A stretch of DNA of 64,000 nucleotides from the human T2T-CHM13v2.0 reference genome, Homo sapiens (GCF_009914755.1 NC_060939.1); one strand, 5' to 3'; shown: positions 26,866-55,440, counted from the stretch's first letter. The notes: generated by a model from the sequence alone, not told the origin. Translations and numbers: made by a program.

Positions 26866-26895
26866 GCGGCGGCGGCGGCGGCGGCAGCGGCGGCG
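26866..26895. repeat. (GCG)6 GCA (GCG)3 trinucleotide repeat at the RBPMS2 promoter / 5' end
   Basis: Read directly from sequence. Confidence 0.95.
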
Positions 26896-28944
26896 GGGGG
26901 CGGGCGCCGGGGGAGGGGGCGGGCGCCGGGCGGCGGCGGGGGGCGGGGGCCGGAACCGGCCTCAGCTGGGGCCCGGCCAGCCCCCTCCCCCGCCCGCCGC
27001 GCGGTCTCCGGGGGAACGCGCAGCCAATCCCCACCGCCCACCGTGGGCTCGCCCCGGCCCCGGCCGCGGGGCGCCGGCCTCCGGCCGGGCCTTTCCCCTC
27101 TCTCTCGCCTGGGTCAGCGCTCTCCCTCTCTCCTCTTCCCCCGCGCCCTTCTCCACGGCGAGTTTTTAAACTTTGATGAACTCGCCCGGCGAACTTTCTT
27201 AAAGGGGCCGCGCGCTGCGCGCCCCAGCCCGCGGGAGGTGGAGCCCCGTGCCCCGCACCCAGCGCCCCGGTCCCTGGGCGGCCCTGCCCGGGCGGCCTCG
27301 CGCTTAGGGCACCCGCAGCGAGGTTTCCGGGCCGTCGACTCCCCTTGTATCTTGATCTAGGGTTTTGGGGTTCCCGACGCACTCATTCTGCCCCTAAATC
27401 CAGTCGCGCAGACCTCAGCTCCGGGGGACCGAGTTCTGGGGGTGATGGCCGGGGGGAGGGGGTTGGGAGACACCTGAGCTTTGGCCCGGGCTGGGCGCTG
27501 TTTTGCTGAGTGACCTTGAGGAAATCACTTCCCCTCTCTGGCCTCAGGCTCCCAGCCCAGAGGGTGGGACTTAGGATCTCAAACTCCCTTCCCACTCCCA
27601 GTCACTATCTGAATAGGACTTAGGTGGGGATTCGAGTGTTGGGACCCCAATGGTCATTAGCGAGGGCTGCCTCGAATGACCAAGAAGGTTCTGTTGCCCA
27701 CCTTGCCCTCAACACGCCTGGCTTTCGGGTCTTCTCGCTCCTCCCCCGACCTCAGTGCCCCTCACACCTTTCCCTGCCTCCTATTCTGAGCCCGAAGGCT
27801 GGGGACGGATGTAATAGCCTAGAGGCTGGGGGAGGTGGGGGAGGTCGTCGTGACTCCCCCCGCACCCCCGCGCAGGTCAGTAGGGCGCGGCCTCTGGGTC
27901 GGTTTTCTCTTCTATTTGAAAACCCAGCCGATGGGGGCCCGCCCTGCTGCCACAGTAGAAACCCGCACCCACCTCGGGGAGCGCTGGAAGCGCTGCAGCC
28001 TGAATCCGGCAGAGCCGCGGGAGAACTGGGTCCCTCCTCAGTGCCCCTTCTCCTGGACGGGGCGGAGGTTGCGGTGACCCGAGATCTTGCCATTGCACTC
28101 CAGCCAGGGCAACAAGAGCGAAACTCCGTCTCAAAAAAAGAAAAGAAAAAAGAAAAGCTGGATTTGCAGTCACGGACTGGTTAGGATCCCAGACCGTGGA
28201 CAAGTGCCTGAGCCCCCAGAACCTCTGTGTGTCGACCTCCTGAATTAGGTAGGACTAGCACCACAGGATCACTGTGCTGTGGCTTAGTCTTCCCAGTAAA
28301 TTATAATCTCCATCCTGACCTGCCATCTCACAGATAAATTGAGGCCTAGAGATGGGCAATGTCTTTCCAATGATATACTCATTCCTTTAGTAAATAATTA
28401 TTGAGCACCTACTGTGGGCTGGGGACCATTTTCTGCTGGTGGCAAGGCCAAGAGCACCCTGGTTTCCCATCAGCCCTGTTGCCAACACTTGGCTCAGGCC
28501 CTATGAAGAGGGAGCTGCTGCCTGTAGGAGCCAGACCTTTACCCAGAGTTTTTAAGATGCCTCCAGCCTCAGGCATCTCCAGATAGAACCAACCTTGGGA
28601 ACCCTCAGATACCCCTACCATCCTCCACAGGCCTCAGTCCAATCTGGCTGTGGGCTTGATCACCATCCCCTCCCCTAGAATAGGTCTTCCTATCAGGTTT
28701 GTCTCTAACTTTGGCCCAGGAATACTCTTCCTCTTCCTCTTCCTCCCCCGCTCCCCCTAATCAATCCAAAATCTTCCCTTCCCTCAAGATCCTGCCTTTC
28801 CCATGCTTTTTCCAGGAGAAGGAGCCTGGCCAGATTTCTGAACTCAGCCATTATATGGTTAATTTGAATTTTTCAAAGAAGAGCCTCTCATCTTGTAATT
28901 CTGGTCACCCTTCTTCTCCATTCTGGTCTCTGTTTTCTCCATAG

Positions 28945-29160
<216 letters not shown>

Positions 29161-29495
29161 TGAGTAGCTGGGACTACAGGAACGCACAACCACGCCCAGC
29201 TAACTTTTGTATTTTTAGTAGAGACGGTTTCCCCATGTTGGTGAGGATGATCTTGATCTCTTGACCTTGTAATCTGCCCCCATCGGCCTCCCAAAGTGCT
29301 GAGATTACAGGTGTGAGCCACCGCGCCCGGCCTTCTTTTCTTTTTTTAGAAAAAAGATCTTGCTCTGTCACCCAAGCTGGAGTGCAGTGGCACAATCACA
29401 GCTCACTCCAGCCTTGAACTCCTGGGCTCAAGTGATCCTTCTACCTCAGCCTCCCAGGTAGCTGTGATTACAGGTGCAACACCACGCCCAGCTAA

Positions 29496-29702
<207 letters not shown>

Positions 29703-31191
29703 TAACCTGTCTCTTGTTAGATATTTGTATTATTTCCAGTTTATTTTCTCTTTTGCCTTCATAGGCAAACTTTATATGAGGATTCTTTTTTTTTTCTTTT
29801 TCTTTGAGACGGAGTCTCACTATGTCACCAGGCTTGAGTGCAGTGCATCCTCCATCTCCCAGGTTCGAGCAGTTCTCGTGCCTCAGCCTCCTGAGTAGCT
29901 GGGATTACAGGTGCCTGCCACCACACTCGCTGTCACACCTGGCTAATTTTTGTATTTTTAGTAGGGACAAGGTTTCACCGTGTTGGCCAGGCTGGTCTTG
30001 AACTCCTGGCCTCAAGTAATCTGCTCACCTTGGCCTCTCAAAGTGCTGAGATTACAGGCATGAGCCCGCCCTCTTATATGAGCATTCTTAATGCCTCAGA
30101 AAGTTTCCTGTATGTGTGACCAGCCCTTAAGCACTTTGGAGGCAACAACTGTCTTTTCCCTCTCTGTGCACCCCTATGGCCCCTGAAATGGCAGAATCTC
30201 CAATCTCACATGGATTTGGAGATCATATAAACACAAAGCTCCCACCCAGCCCGCACCTTCATGAGTAGTCAGGCGTACCCATTGGTGCTGACCAGAAGCT
30301 GATGTGAAAGAGGCTAGAGAGAGGAGTTTGGGGTGTACAACTCTTTCAGACATCTGAAGGGTAGGAACTTATATCTCTGTCTCCCCAGCTATGACCTAGT
30401 AGTGTAGCCTCTAGTAATCTCTTCAGTGCCCCAGGCCTCCCCCACTGCCATGCTCCATATCACCTCTGAGCTTCTCGAATTTCTATTCCTTTTGTCTGGA
30501 ATCCTCCCATCCTCACTCTCCACCCCCAGCTTCCAGACCTTTCCCAGTACCCATTCTCTCTCCCCTGTGCTCTCAGAGTGCCTTCTCTGTGTCGTGTTGA
30601 ACCTGGGAATACCTTGTTTTGAAGTCTCACCTACCACATGGGAAGCTTTCTGACTCCAAGGAGTGGCTGTAAACCCTGCTGAGTGAGTAGAACTCCTTAA
30701 CCTCTGCAGCCCCCTGGCCTCCAGCAAGGAGCAGATGATGGTGGGCATTTTCAGTAGTAGGTGTTTAATAAACCTTTGCTGAACCAATACTGGGCTATTC
30801 CTGGAGCTTCTGGGCTATCTGAAGCCAATGGCCCTTTCTCTTTGATGTACTGTACATACATCATCCTTCAATATTTCATCCTTAGGGTAGGGAAAAGAGA
30901 TGGCCTCACTCCTGGGAAACACTGCCCTGGAACTCAACTCCTGAGAGTGTGCCTGGCTACTTCAGGGCAGGCCCCCATTCTGACCCCAACTTTCCCACCA
31001 CCAGGAAAGCCTAGGCAATAAGAAGGCAGATAGAAGCTGGGCTTGGTGGTGTGCGCCTATAGTCCCTGCCACTTGGGAGGCTGAGCTGGGAGGATTAATT
31101 GAGCCCATCAAGTCTAGATGGGGCAACATAGCAAGATCCCCTCTTTATTTAAAAGAAAAAGAAGAAAGGCAGGTAGAGAGGATGACCTTGA

Positions 31192-31729
<538 letters not shown>

Positions 31730-32334
31730 TAGGCTGGAATGCAATGGTGTGATCTCAGCTCACCACAACCTCCATCTCCTGGGTTCAATCAATTCTCCTG
31801 TCTTAGCCTCCTGAGTAGCTGGGATTACGGGTGCGTGCCACCATGCCCAGCTAATTTTTGTATTTTTAGTAGAGATGGGGTTTTACCATGTTGGCCAGGC
31901 TGGTCTCGAACTCCTGAGCTCAAGTGATCCGCCTGCCTTAGCCTCTCAAAGTGCTGAGATTATAGGTGTGAGCCACCACGCCCGCCCATTGTTTATAGGT
32001 TTAAGCTCCACTTAAGTGCAAGAAGTCTCTGGAGGGAAAGGGGACAGGCTACTGCCCCAAGCAGTTAATCTTTCTATTGTTCCTGCTATCCCTAGTTATA
32101 GGATTAAGGGACCTTCACGAGCCACTGGCAGATGGCATGGATGGTGGGAAAAGCATGAAATAGCCCTGTGATAGAATTCTGATTCTGTAACCTTGGGCAA
32201 GTTGCCAGCTAGTATCAGTCAGTTCATCTGTAAAATGGGAATACTAGTACACAATTGCAAGAATGTGTTAAGTAAGATAAGAGCTCATGGTAAGCTCTTG
32301 GAGGTTGTGATTATTGCCCTGGGTCCACTGCTAG

Positions 32335-32538
<204 letters not shown>

Positions 32539-33255
32539 TAGAGACAGGGTTTCACCATGTTGGCCAGGCTGGTCTCAAACTCCTGACCGCAGGTGATCCG
32601 CCCACCATGGCCTCCCAAAGTACTGGGATGACAGGCATGAGCCACCAAGCCCAGGCAACTGGTTAATTTCAGCCCCAAATCCCTGAGCTCTCCCTTTCTC
32701 TCCTTGCCTTCCTCTGGGCCACATTGTGAACCTGGATCCCAGGTTCCAATCTAAGACAAACAGTATTTCCAAAGTAGCTGTGCCAGAAGACCTGGATCTG
32801 CGTCCAGGTCACCACGGCAACCCGTGTGACCATAGGCAGATAGTTTAATCTCTCTAAGGCTTCATTTTCTCAAGGTAAAACTAGAGAACTAGCGACACCT
32901 TTCAGGCAGGCTTTCATGAGTGTTCCCTAGGCTTCTGTAAGAATTAAATGAGATCCTGATGCTGAAACTTCTTTGACGTCCTCAAAGCCCCAAGACAACC
33001 GGAGGGGCGATTGTAAAGTCAGCAAAGGAACAACACAAGAACTTCACTTCAGATCCAGCCTTCCTGAGAGGTGGTGTCTCCTCCCTGCACACCATCTCCC
33101 AAAGATGTTATTTCTCCTGTCCCCACCACATAGCTGAAAATTAGCAGGGGACCATCTGAGGACAGGGATAGCGTCTCTTCACCTTTGAATCAAATCTTGG
33201 AAGCTCAGCTCAGGTCCTGGCAGAGGGGTTTCAGTAATGAATATTGAATGATTGA

Positions 33256-33590
<335 letters not shown>

Positions 33591-34077
33591 TGAGCCACCA
33601 TGCCCTACAGTATTTTTACATTAACATGTCAATGGCTGCTTTTCCTCTCTTTGAAGATGGGAGGGAGAATGAGATGCCAGGAACCTGAATGGGGAGAGGA
33701 CCCAGGATTAAAAAACAAAGAGAAACCCCAAAGGGATGTCTGGCAGGCCAAAGGTTTCTGTCTGAACCCTGAGCTCCCTACTCACACCTCCCTCTCAGCA
33801 CCCAGGGCCTATGAAACCACAGGGCCCACGCCCTGCTTCACTGCCAGTTCCTATGAAACCACAGCCTTTGCTGTTGGGGAAACTGAGGTTCAGCGGCCAA
33901 AATCAACTAGCTTGAAGTTACACAGCAAAGTACTGAGTTCACTTAATACTTTCTGTTTAATTTCAAAAGCAGGTAGCTTAGAAGCTTTCCTTCTAAGAAA
34001 AAAAAAAAAATCAAACCTAATCAAATAGATTTTCATATACACCCCTCCAAATGATCTTTTATCCTCTAGAAAGTCTT

Positions 34078-34099
34078 TGTGTGTGTGTGTGTGTGTGTG
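34078..34099. repeat. (TG)n microsatellite, about 11 units
   Basis: Read directly. Confidence 0.9.
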
Positions 34100-36417
34100 C
34101 ATGCGTGTGCATTTTTTAAAATGAATTTTAAGTTCTGGCAACAATTTAATGACATTTGCTAAACTTTTACTGGTTTTGAGTCCTTCCCAGGGAACCAAAG
34201 GTCACTGAAAGCTTCTCTGGCCTGCTTCCCTGCCTGAGTCTCTGTCCTCCCAGAGCCTGGGAGAGGGCCTTCTGGGCCCGACCAACTGCGGAATTGCCCA
34301 GCATGCCCGGGAGGCTGGCTCTACCGGGCTACTTTTCTAAGGGACTTAAAGTAGGAATTGTTACACTTGACTAGAGTCCAGTGGGGCAACTGACAGTCTC
34401 AGGGACAGGGGCTCCACATGGAATGAGGTGGGATAGGGTGAGAAGGGAAGATGAGCTATCTCTATCCTCACCACTGAAGGTGGCAGTGTGAGCCTATGCC
34501 CTCCTATACTGCCTTTTTTACCATCCAGAAGAGTCTGTTGCCCATGAGGGGAAGGGTGCACTCATCCTCTCTAAGGCCTTAGAAATTTAAGGAGGAAGTA
34601 GGGGGAGAGGGCAATGCCTAACCCAAAGGAATACTTCCCAGTGGTGTGTTAGGGCACCACAGGTCATAGAATCTATGCAGAAGCTGCTTAGGACCAGGCA
34701 CGGTGGCTCACACCTGTAATCCTAGCACTTAGGGAGGCTAAGGCAGGAGGATCCCTCGAGGCTAAAAGATCCAGACCAACCTGGGCAACGTAGCAAAACC
34801 CTATCTCTATAAGGAAAAAAAAAACAACTAGGCCAGGCACAGAGACTCACGCCTGTAATCCCAGTACTTTGGGAGGCTGAGGCAGGCGGATCATGAGGTC
34901 AGGAGATCGAGACTATCCTGTCCAACATGGTAAAATCCCGTCTCTACTAAAAATACAAAAATTAGCTGGGTATGGTGGTGCGCGCCTGTAATCCCAGCTA
35001 CTCGGGAAGCTGAGGCATGAGAATCGCTTGAACCAGGAGGCAGAGGTTGCAGTGAGCTGAGATCGCACCACTGCACTCCAGCCTGGCGACAGAGCAAGAC
35101 AACGTCTCAAAAAAACAAAGACAAAAAACTAGCTGGGCATGGTGGTGTGTGCCTGTGGTCTCAGCTACTCAGGAGGCTGAGGTAGAAGAATTGCTTGAGT
35201 CCTGGAAGTGGAGGCTATAGAGAGCTGTGATAGTACCACTGCACTTCAGCCTGTGCAACGGAAAAGGTCTCTAGAGGTCAGCCAAGCCAATGGAGCCCAC
35301 ACTTGGCTGCAGTCCAGAATTGCCTTTTGAAAAAGACAGATTTCAGGGCCAGGCATGGTAGTTCACACCTGTAATCCTAGCACTTTGGGAGGCTGAGGCA
35401 GGCAGATCGCATGAGTTCAGGAGTTTGAGACCAGCCTGGGCAACATAGTGAAACCCCATCTCTACAAAATATACAAAAAAATTAGCCAAGCTTGGTAACT
35501 TGCACCTGTAGTCCTAGCTACTCAGAAGGCTGAGTTAGGAGGATCACCTAAGCCTGGGAGTTCCAGGCTACAGTGGGCTATGATGGCATTATCGCCCTCC
35601 AGCCTGGGTAACAGAGTAAAACCTTTCCACTGGAAAAAAGAAGATTTCTGGGTCCCATCTAAAAACAGCTACATCCAAATCTCTGGGAACAGGCCTTGGA
35701 AATCTCCTTGTACCCCCACAACTAGAACCTTAGGTCTCGAATCCAACTGTCTGTGCTAAACACTTGAATCTCTACCAGAAGCTAATCCAACCTTTGCCTG
35801 AACTGGAGGAGAAGCAACTCATATCCCCCACCCCAAATTGCTCATTCCACAGCCAAACCTCTAGCTCTCATTAGAGTAGTATTGTTGTCAGATAATGATA
35901 ACAATTTAGTGATAATTAACATTTATTCAATACTTGGCCTTTGACTTCTTTTCTTTTTGAGACGGAGTCTCGCCCAGCTGCCCAGGCTGGAGTGCAGTGG
36001 CATGATCTCGGCTCACTACAACCACTGTCTCCTAGGTTCAAGCGATTCTCAAGCGATTCTCCTTTCTCAGCCTCCCAAGTAGCTGGGATTACAGGCACTC
36101 ACCATCATGCCCGGCTAATTTTTGTATTTTAGTAGAGACGAGGTTTCACCATGTTGGCCAGGCTGGTACTCAACTCCTGACCTCAGGTGATCTCCCAGCC
36201 TTGGCCTTCCATAGTGCTAGGATTACAGGCGTGAGTCATGGCACCCGGTTACTTTTTTTTTTTTTTTTTGAGCCGCAATCTCACTCCATCGCCTAGGCTG
36301 GAGTGCAGTGGTGTGATCTTGGCTCGCTGCAACCTCCACCTCCTGGTTCAAGCGATTCTCCTGCCTCAGCCTCCCAGGTAGCTGGGACTACAGGCACATG
36401 CCACCATGCCCAGCTAA

Positions 36418-36794
<377 letters not shown>

Positions 36795-37101
36795 TGACCT
36801 CGTGATTCGCCAGCCTCTGCCTCCCAAAGTGCTGGGATTATAGGCATGAGCCACTGTGCCTGGCCTGACTTCTTAACACAATGTTTAAGCTTCCACGTTT
36901 TGCACTAAGATAGGCCTGGATTCAAACTTTGATACATTTTATATTTGTTTCTATGGCTTTAGACAAGTGATGAGGGACTCTGAGCCTTGGTTTCTTTATC
37001 TGTAAAATGGGGATAGTACCTATCTCATAAGGTTTGTGTGCAATCAAATGAGATGATGTATAGGAAGTCCTTGACATAGTGCCTGGCATAATGTCCTCTC
37101 A

Positions 37102-37287
<186 letters not shown>

Positions 37288-37334
37288 TCATGCCTGTAAT
37301 CCCAGCACTTTGGGAAGCCGAGGCAGGCAGATCA

Positions 37335-37750
<416 letters not shown>

Positions 37751-37986
37751 CTAGCACTTTGGGAGGCCATGGGAGGCCAAGGCGATGGATCACTCAAGGT
37801 CGGGAGTTTGAGACCAGCCTGGCCAACATGGTGAAACCCTATCTCTACTAAAAATAAAAAAATTAGGCTGGGCATGGTAGCTCACGCCTGTAATCCCAGC
37901 ACTGTGGGAGGCTGAGGCGGGCGGATCACCTGAGGTCGGGAGTTCGATACCAGCCTGACCAACATGGAGAAACCCCATCTCTACTA

Positions 37987-38186
<200 letters not shown>

Positions 38187-39055
38187 TCACTTGAACCCAA
38201 GAGGCAGAGGTTGCAGTGACAATCCAGCCTGGGCGACAGAGCAAGACTCTGTCTCAAAAAAAAAAAATTAGTTAAACCCAAATCTCTCTCTCTGTGCCTC
38301 CACCCAACTCCTCTATATATAACGGCCCTGGGTTCTATAGTCCCATAGAGCAAACCCATGTTCCCTGTCCTAGAGCAGCCTTGGCAGACAGCCAACCCAT
38401 TCCTAGCACCTGACTCTGATTCCTGTCACCTCAAACCCTGGTTGAGCCCAGCCCTCTTCTTAACTGTATGGCAATGGGGGTGGTGAAATATTTTGGAAAG
38501 GGGATTCTGCCCAGTAGGCCAGGCCTCTAGGAGTACCTTGAAGATGTAGGAAACCAGTAGCTTATGTGGAAAGGCTGTAGAGATTGGTGATCCCAGGAGA
38601 GAAGAGGATGATGGCCCCTGCACCCTGATGATGTAAGGCCGCTAAGGCCAGCTGTGTGCTGGGCACAAAGTTAGGCGTATCTCATCCCTGAGCTCATTTA
38701 TCTTTTCTGGCTGCTCCATGAAATGATTTTTCCTTATTTTATATTTCCAGTGCAGAGAGGTTAAGTAACCTGGACTGTGATGTACAGCTATAACTGACAG
38801 GATTGGAATTGGAACCCAAGACTCTCCCAACTTCTGGTAGTAGAATGTAACAAAGGAGTTAAGTCTGAATTGAGGTCTAGAGTCTAAAATGCAGTTTTAG
38901 GCTAGGCATAGTGGCTCATGCCTTTAGTCCCAGCACTTTGGGAGGCCGAGGCAGGAGGATTGCTCGAAACCTGGAGTTCAGGACCAGCCTGGCCTAACAT
39001 AGTGAGACACCCATGGCTAAATATATATATATATATATAATTTTAATATATATAA

Positions 39056-39393
<338 letters not shown>

Positions 39394-40142
39394 TGACCTT
39401 ATTTTTGTTATTTTTTAAGAAAAGCAAAAAACAAAATAAAATGCAGCTTTCTTCCAAGAATCATCAAGATAAACATTTTTTTTATTTTTTATTTTATTCA
39501 TTTATTTATTTATTGGGACAAGGTCTCACTCTGTTCCCCAGGCTGGAGTGCAGTAGTATGAGCTCAGCTCACTGCAGACTTGATCTCCCCTGCTCGAGCA
39601 ATCCTTCCACCTCAGCCTCCTGAGTTGCTGGGACTACAGGTGTGTAACACCACGCCTGGCTCATTTTTGTATTTTTTGTAGAGACAGGGTCTCACCATGT
39701 TGCCCAGGCTGGTCTTGAACTCCTGGGCTCAAGTGATCTATTCACCTCTGCCTCCCAAAGTGTTGGGATTACAGGCATGAGCCACTGTGGCTGACCTTTT
39801 TTTTTCTTTCTTTCTTTTTTTCTTTTTGAGATAGGGTCTCTTTTGTTGCCCAGGCTGGAATGCAGTGGCATGATCACAACTCACTGCGGCTCTGACCTCC
39901 CAGGCTCAAGCAATCCTTCTGCTTCAGCCTCGACCTCCTGAGTAGCTGAGACCACAGGCACACACCACTACACCTGCTAATTTCTTATTTTAGTAGAGAT
40001 GAGGTCTCTCTATGTTGCCCAGGCTGGTCTCAAACTCCTGGCTCAAACAGTCCTCATGCCTCAGCCTCCCAAAGTGCTGGGATTATAACCATGAGCCATT
40101 GTGCCTGGCCCAAACATTTATTAATTGCTTATCTAACAATAA

Positions 40143-40435
<293 letters not shown>

Positions 40436-40934
40436 TGATCCACCTGCCTCGGCCTCCCAAAGTGCTGGGATTACAGGTATGAGCCACCGTGCCCGGACAT
40501 ATTTATTTATTTTTAATTTTTTTTTTTTTTGAGAAAGGGTCTTGCTCTGTTGCCCAGACTAGAGTGCCATGGCCCAATCACTGCAGTCTTGAACTCCCAG
40601 GTTCAATCAATCCTCTTGCCGCAGCCTCCCAAGTAGCTGGGACTACAGGTGTGTGCCACCATACCTGGCTAATTGTTTTTGTTATTTGTAGAGATGGGGT
40701 CTCCCTACATTGCCCAGGCTAGTCTTGAACTCCTGGGCTCCAGTGTTTCTCCTGCCTAGGCCTCCCAAAGTGCTGGGATTACAGGCGTGAGCTACCATGC
40801 CTGGCTGGTGTGTGATTTTTCATATAAATGGTAACATCCTGGCCGGGAGCAGTGGCTCACGCCTGTAATCCCAGCACTTTGGGAGGCCAAGGCGGATGGA
40901 TTTTGAGGTCAGGAGATCGAGACCATCCTGGCTA

Positions 40935-41168
<234 letters not shown>

Positions 41169-41447
41169 TTAGCAACATTAAATCCATGGGGTAGGCAAAA
41201 GAAGCAAGAAAAGTACCCTTTTCCTCCTGCCCCCTCAGTGTGCACTGAGCTGCCAGCCACCCTCCAGCTCTCTCAGGGTTGCTTTTGTCCTGAGACACTG
41301 AAATCAGAGGAAACGGCAGGGTCTCAGGCCTGGGGGCTTAGTGGTGCCACTGGTAGAAACAGGCAGGTTGAGAAAGGGAAATAATTTTGCAGGATGATTA
41401 TAGTTCATTTGTTACCAGACAGACAGACTTAGAACTACCATTTATCA

Positions 41448-41618
<171 letters not shown>

Positions 41619-41621
41619 TTA

Positions 41622-41939
<318 letters not shown>

Positions 41940-42146
41940 TAGCCAGGATGGTCTCGATCTCTTGACCTCGTGATCCACCTGCCTCGGCCTCCCAAAGTGC
42001 TGGGATTACAGGCGTGAGCCACCACGCCCGGCCTACTCTGTCTCTTTAAAACAAACAAACAAACAAACAAAACTGCTAAGTGACCTGGACAATAAGTAGA
42101 CATCTGAGCCTCAGTTTCCCCAAATTGTAAAGTGGGGATGTAATAG

Positions 42147-42634
<488 letters not shown>

Positions 42635-43347
42635 TAAGTTTACAGTTGGAGTCTGAGATCCTGGCAGCTGATGGATCTGCAGGACTGGAGGTCAGAAGAG
42701 AGGTCCGTGGCACAGCTCACAGGTGGTCTCTAGGTATCTGGAATCAGGCTAGAGAGTGGGCATCTTCTGGGGGACATGGAATGCAGAGGGGCCCAGAGAT
42801 GCCACCTAAGCTCCTTCCCTTCCCTTCCAATCCTGCTCAACACTCACGAATGAACCTTCCCCTCTTGGTGTCAGACTTGGACAGGAAACAAGTCAGGGCT
42901 CCAGAGTCAAAACACTGGAGTTCACATCTTGCCCTGCCAAGCTACATCAATGTGGTCAAGTCATGTAGTGTCTCTACTCCACAGTTTCCCCACGAGTGCA
43001 AAGGAGGGTATCATTATGCTAATTACAGAGAAGTTGACAGGATGAAAACCATTTAGTAAACTTTACAGGCCACGTAAATACAGGACATAACTTTCCTCAC
43101 AGGCCAGATACAAAAAGCATCTTTTCCATGAAGGCTTCCCAGACTACCCCCTGGGATGATTTCTTCTCCCACTGATCTCCCACTGCCGCTCACCTCAGCC
43201 TTATATACACCTGCTGCCCCAATCAAGAGGCACAAGAAGGCTAGGTGTGGTGTCTCATGCCTGTAATCCCAGCGCTTTGGGAGGCTGGATCACTTGAGCC
43301 CAGGGGTTCAATACAACCTGGACAGTATAGTGAAACCCCTGTCTCTA

Positions 43348-43668
<321 letters not shown>

Positions 43669-43746
43669 CTAGCACTTGTCCATCTGTAGGATGCATGACC
43701 AGCCAGGTTCATAGTGTGTGGTCCACTCCCTGACCACAGTATAGTT

Positions 43747-45075
<1,329 letters not shown>

Positions 45076-45417
45076 TTAATTATTTTTTTATTTAAAAATT
45101 TATTTTTAATAAATTTTTAATAAATTTAAAGTCTCACTCTGTCACCCAGGCTGGAGTGCAGTGCCATGATCTTGCCTCCCTGCAACCTCTGACTCCCAGT
45201 TCAAGCAATTCTCCTGCCTCAGCCTCCTGAGTAGCTGGGATTACAGGCATGCACCACCATGCCCAGCTAAAAATTTTGTATTTTTAGTAGAGATAAGGTT
45301 TTGCCATGTTGGCCAGGCTGGTCTCAAACACCTGACTTCAAGTGATCTGCCCACCTCTGCCTCCTAAAGTGCTGGGATTATAGCCATGAGCCACCGCGTC
45401 TGGCCTCAGCACCATTA

Positions 45418-45552
<135 letters not shown>

Positions 45553-45589
45553 TTAAATTAATAAATATTAAAATAATATTAAAAATTAA

Positions 45590-52200
<6,611 letters not shown>

Positions 52201-52518
52201 TCCTTACAATCATTTGTTAATTTCTTTAGCTGGCATTTATTGAGGAAGAGCTTAGTGTGTGCCCACCTTCCATTGGTCTTACAACTCTCCAAACACTCCA
52301 AATTTTCCTGCCTTGGGGTCTTTGCACAATTTTTCCTTTGTCTAGAATGGTCTTTCTAGCTCTACTTTCCTCCCTCAGCTCAAAGGGGCCTTCTCTGACT
52401 GCTCTATGTAAAGTGAATCACTCTCTTTTTAATTTCCCATCACATTTCTGCTTTACTTTACAGCTTCTTCTACTAGAATAGAGCCAGACTTTTTTTTTTA
52501 CTTTTTTTTTTTTTTTGA

Positions 52519-52701
<183 letters not shown>

Positions 52702-53044
52702 TAGCAAGGATGGTCTCAATCTCCTGACCTCGTGATCCACCTGCCTCAGCTTCCCAAAGTACTGGGATTACAGGTGTGAGCCACCGTACCCGACCTTTTT
52801 TTACTTTTTTAACCTTAAAATTTTTTTTTTCACGCTTGTAATCCCAGCACTTTGGGAGGCTGAGGCAGGTGGATCATGAGGTCAAGAGATCGAGGCCATC
52901 CTGGCCAACATGGTGAAACCCTGTCTCTACTAAGCACCACTGCACTCCAGCCTGGCAACAGAGTGAGACTGTGTCTCAAAAAAAAAAAATTTAGAGATAG
53001 GATCTCACTATGTTGTCCAGGCTGGGCTCAAACTCTTGGGCTCA

Positions 53045-53179
<135 letters not shown>

Positions 53180-53843
53180 TTACTGAATGAATAAATGAGG
53201 TCTTTGCATACTTCATGGTGCCTGTCACATAATAGAGCTCAGTCAAATTGCGGGTGCCTGGCTGAGGAACACAGCTCCCTCCCCTGAGTTGTCCAGCGGG
53301 GATGGGATATTGGGCCTCTGGATTGTGCCCATGTTCAGCTCACCCTCAGCCTCACTCTCCTTAGTGATAACCAAAGGCCCCTGCTTGCCGGCCAGGGGAG
53401 GGCTGACAGGTGGGGCTGATGAGTTCCAGACCCAGTCCTCTGGGCCCCAGCACAACCAGATAGAACCGGATGCTGGCTGGAAGCCAGAGCCAAGCTTCCA
53501 TGACGTCGTTGCCTTCAAGGGGCGTGCCCTCCCTGGCCCGTGTGGGCCTTCAGCTCTTGCCCACCGGGCTCAGAGCCTCCTGCCACTGGGCTCTGGGGAA
53601 AAACCTAGCCATCCTCCCTGGTTCTAGTTCTGCATCTACTTGTGCAGCCACTGACAACTATTAGAACACAGAACTAAATAGTGGTCGGCGCTATAAAGTG
53701 AAAAATACTTTGTAGATTTAAAACATTCTGTAAGTACTCACTAAACTAGAAAGGACTTGGGAAGCTTCTGTTCAAAACCACTACTTTTGACAGAGGAAGA
53801 AGCTGAGATTTAAATGAAATAATGGGCTGGGTGCAGTGGCTCA

Positions 53844-54197
<354 letters not shown>

Positions 54198-54343
54198 TTA
54201 CTCTAGCTATTCACCGCCTGCCCACCTCTGGCTAAGCAAACTCTGCGTTTGTGCCTCTCCACTTCCGCACACTCCCCTCCCACCTTGTCAATGAATTTTT
54301 TGTTCATTTATGTCACTTCATAATAATATATGCAAAGTGTTTA

Positions 54344-54496
<153 letters not shown>

Positions 54497-54620
54497 CTAC
54501 TAAAAATACAAAAAATTAGGCTGAGGCTGGGCACGGTGGCTCACGCCTGTAATCCCAGCACTTTGTGAGGCTGAGACAGGCGGATCACTTGAGGTCAGGA
54601 GTTTGAGACCAGCCTGATCA

Positions 54621-54915
<295 letters not shown>

Positions 54916-55198
54916 TCATGTAGGATGAAATCGGTATCATTATTCCCATTTTACTGATGAGAAAACTGAGGCTTGAAGTAAGTGGCTGATGCAGTTCAGA
55001 CCCCAGAGTAGGAAGATGCCAAACTGGTAGGTTCTGGCTTCTCTTCCCTTAGTGGTATCTTCTAACAAATTGTATTTCCTGCTAGCTATTCCTTCCTGTG
55101 CCTTTGGGGAAGGTCATCTGGCCCTGAACATTCATTTGGTCAATCACTGAAACAGGGTAAGATGGGGTCTAAAACCTCCAGCTGAGTGTATGTCCTGA

Positions 55199-55440
<242 letters not shown>

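Larger units (their letters stand above)
25950..27400. promoter_or_regulatory. CpG island / GC-box promoter and 5' UTR of RBPMS2
   Basis: Very high GC and undepleted CpG around exon 1; multiple GGGCGG boxes near 26.90-26.95 kb; weaker CpG-rich shoulder to ~28.1 kb; exact TSS not determinable from sequence. Confidence 0.92.

Noticed and set aside
26065-27382. Long ORFs over the CpG island (431 aa, 344 aa and 212 aa on +; 207 aa on -)
   Set aside because: Low-complexity R/G/A/P translations expected from stop-poor GC-rich DNA; no recognisable domain; they overlap the real RBPMS2 exon 1 and promoter
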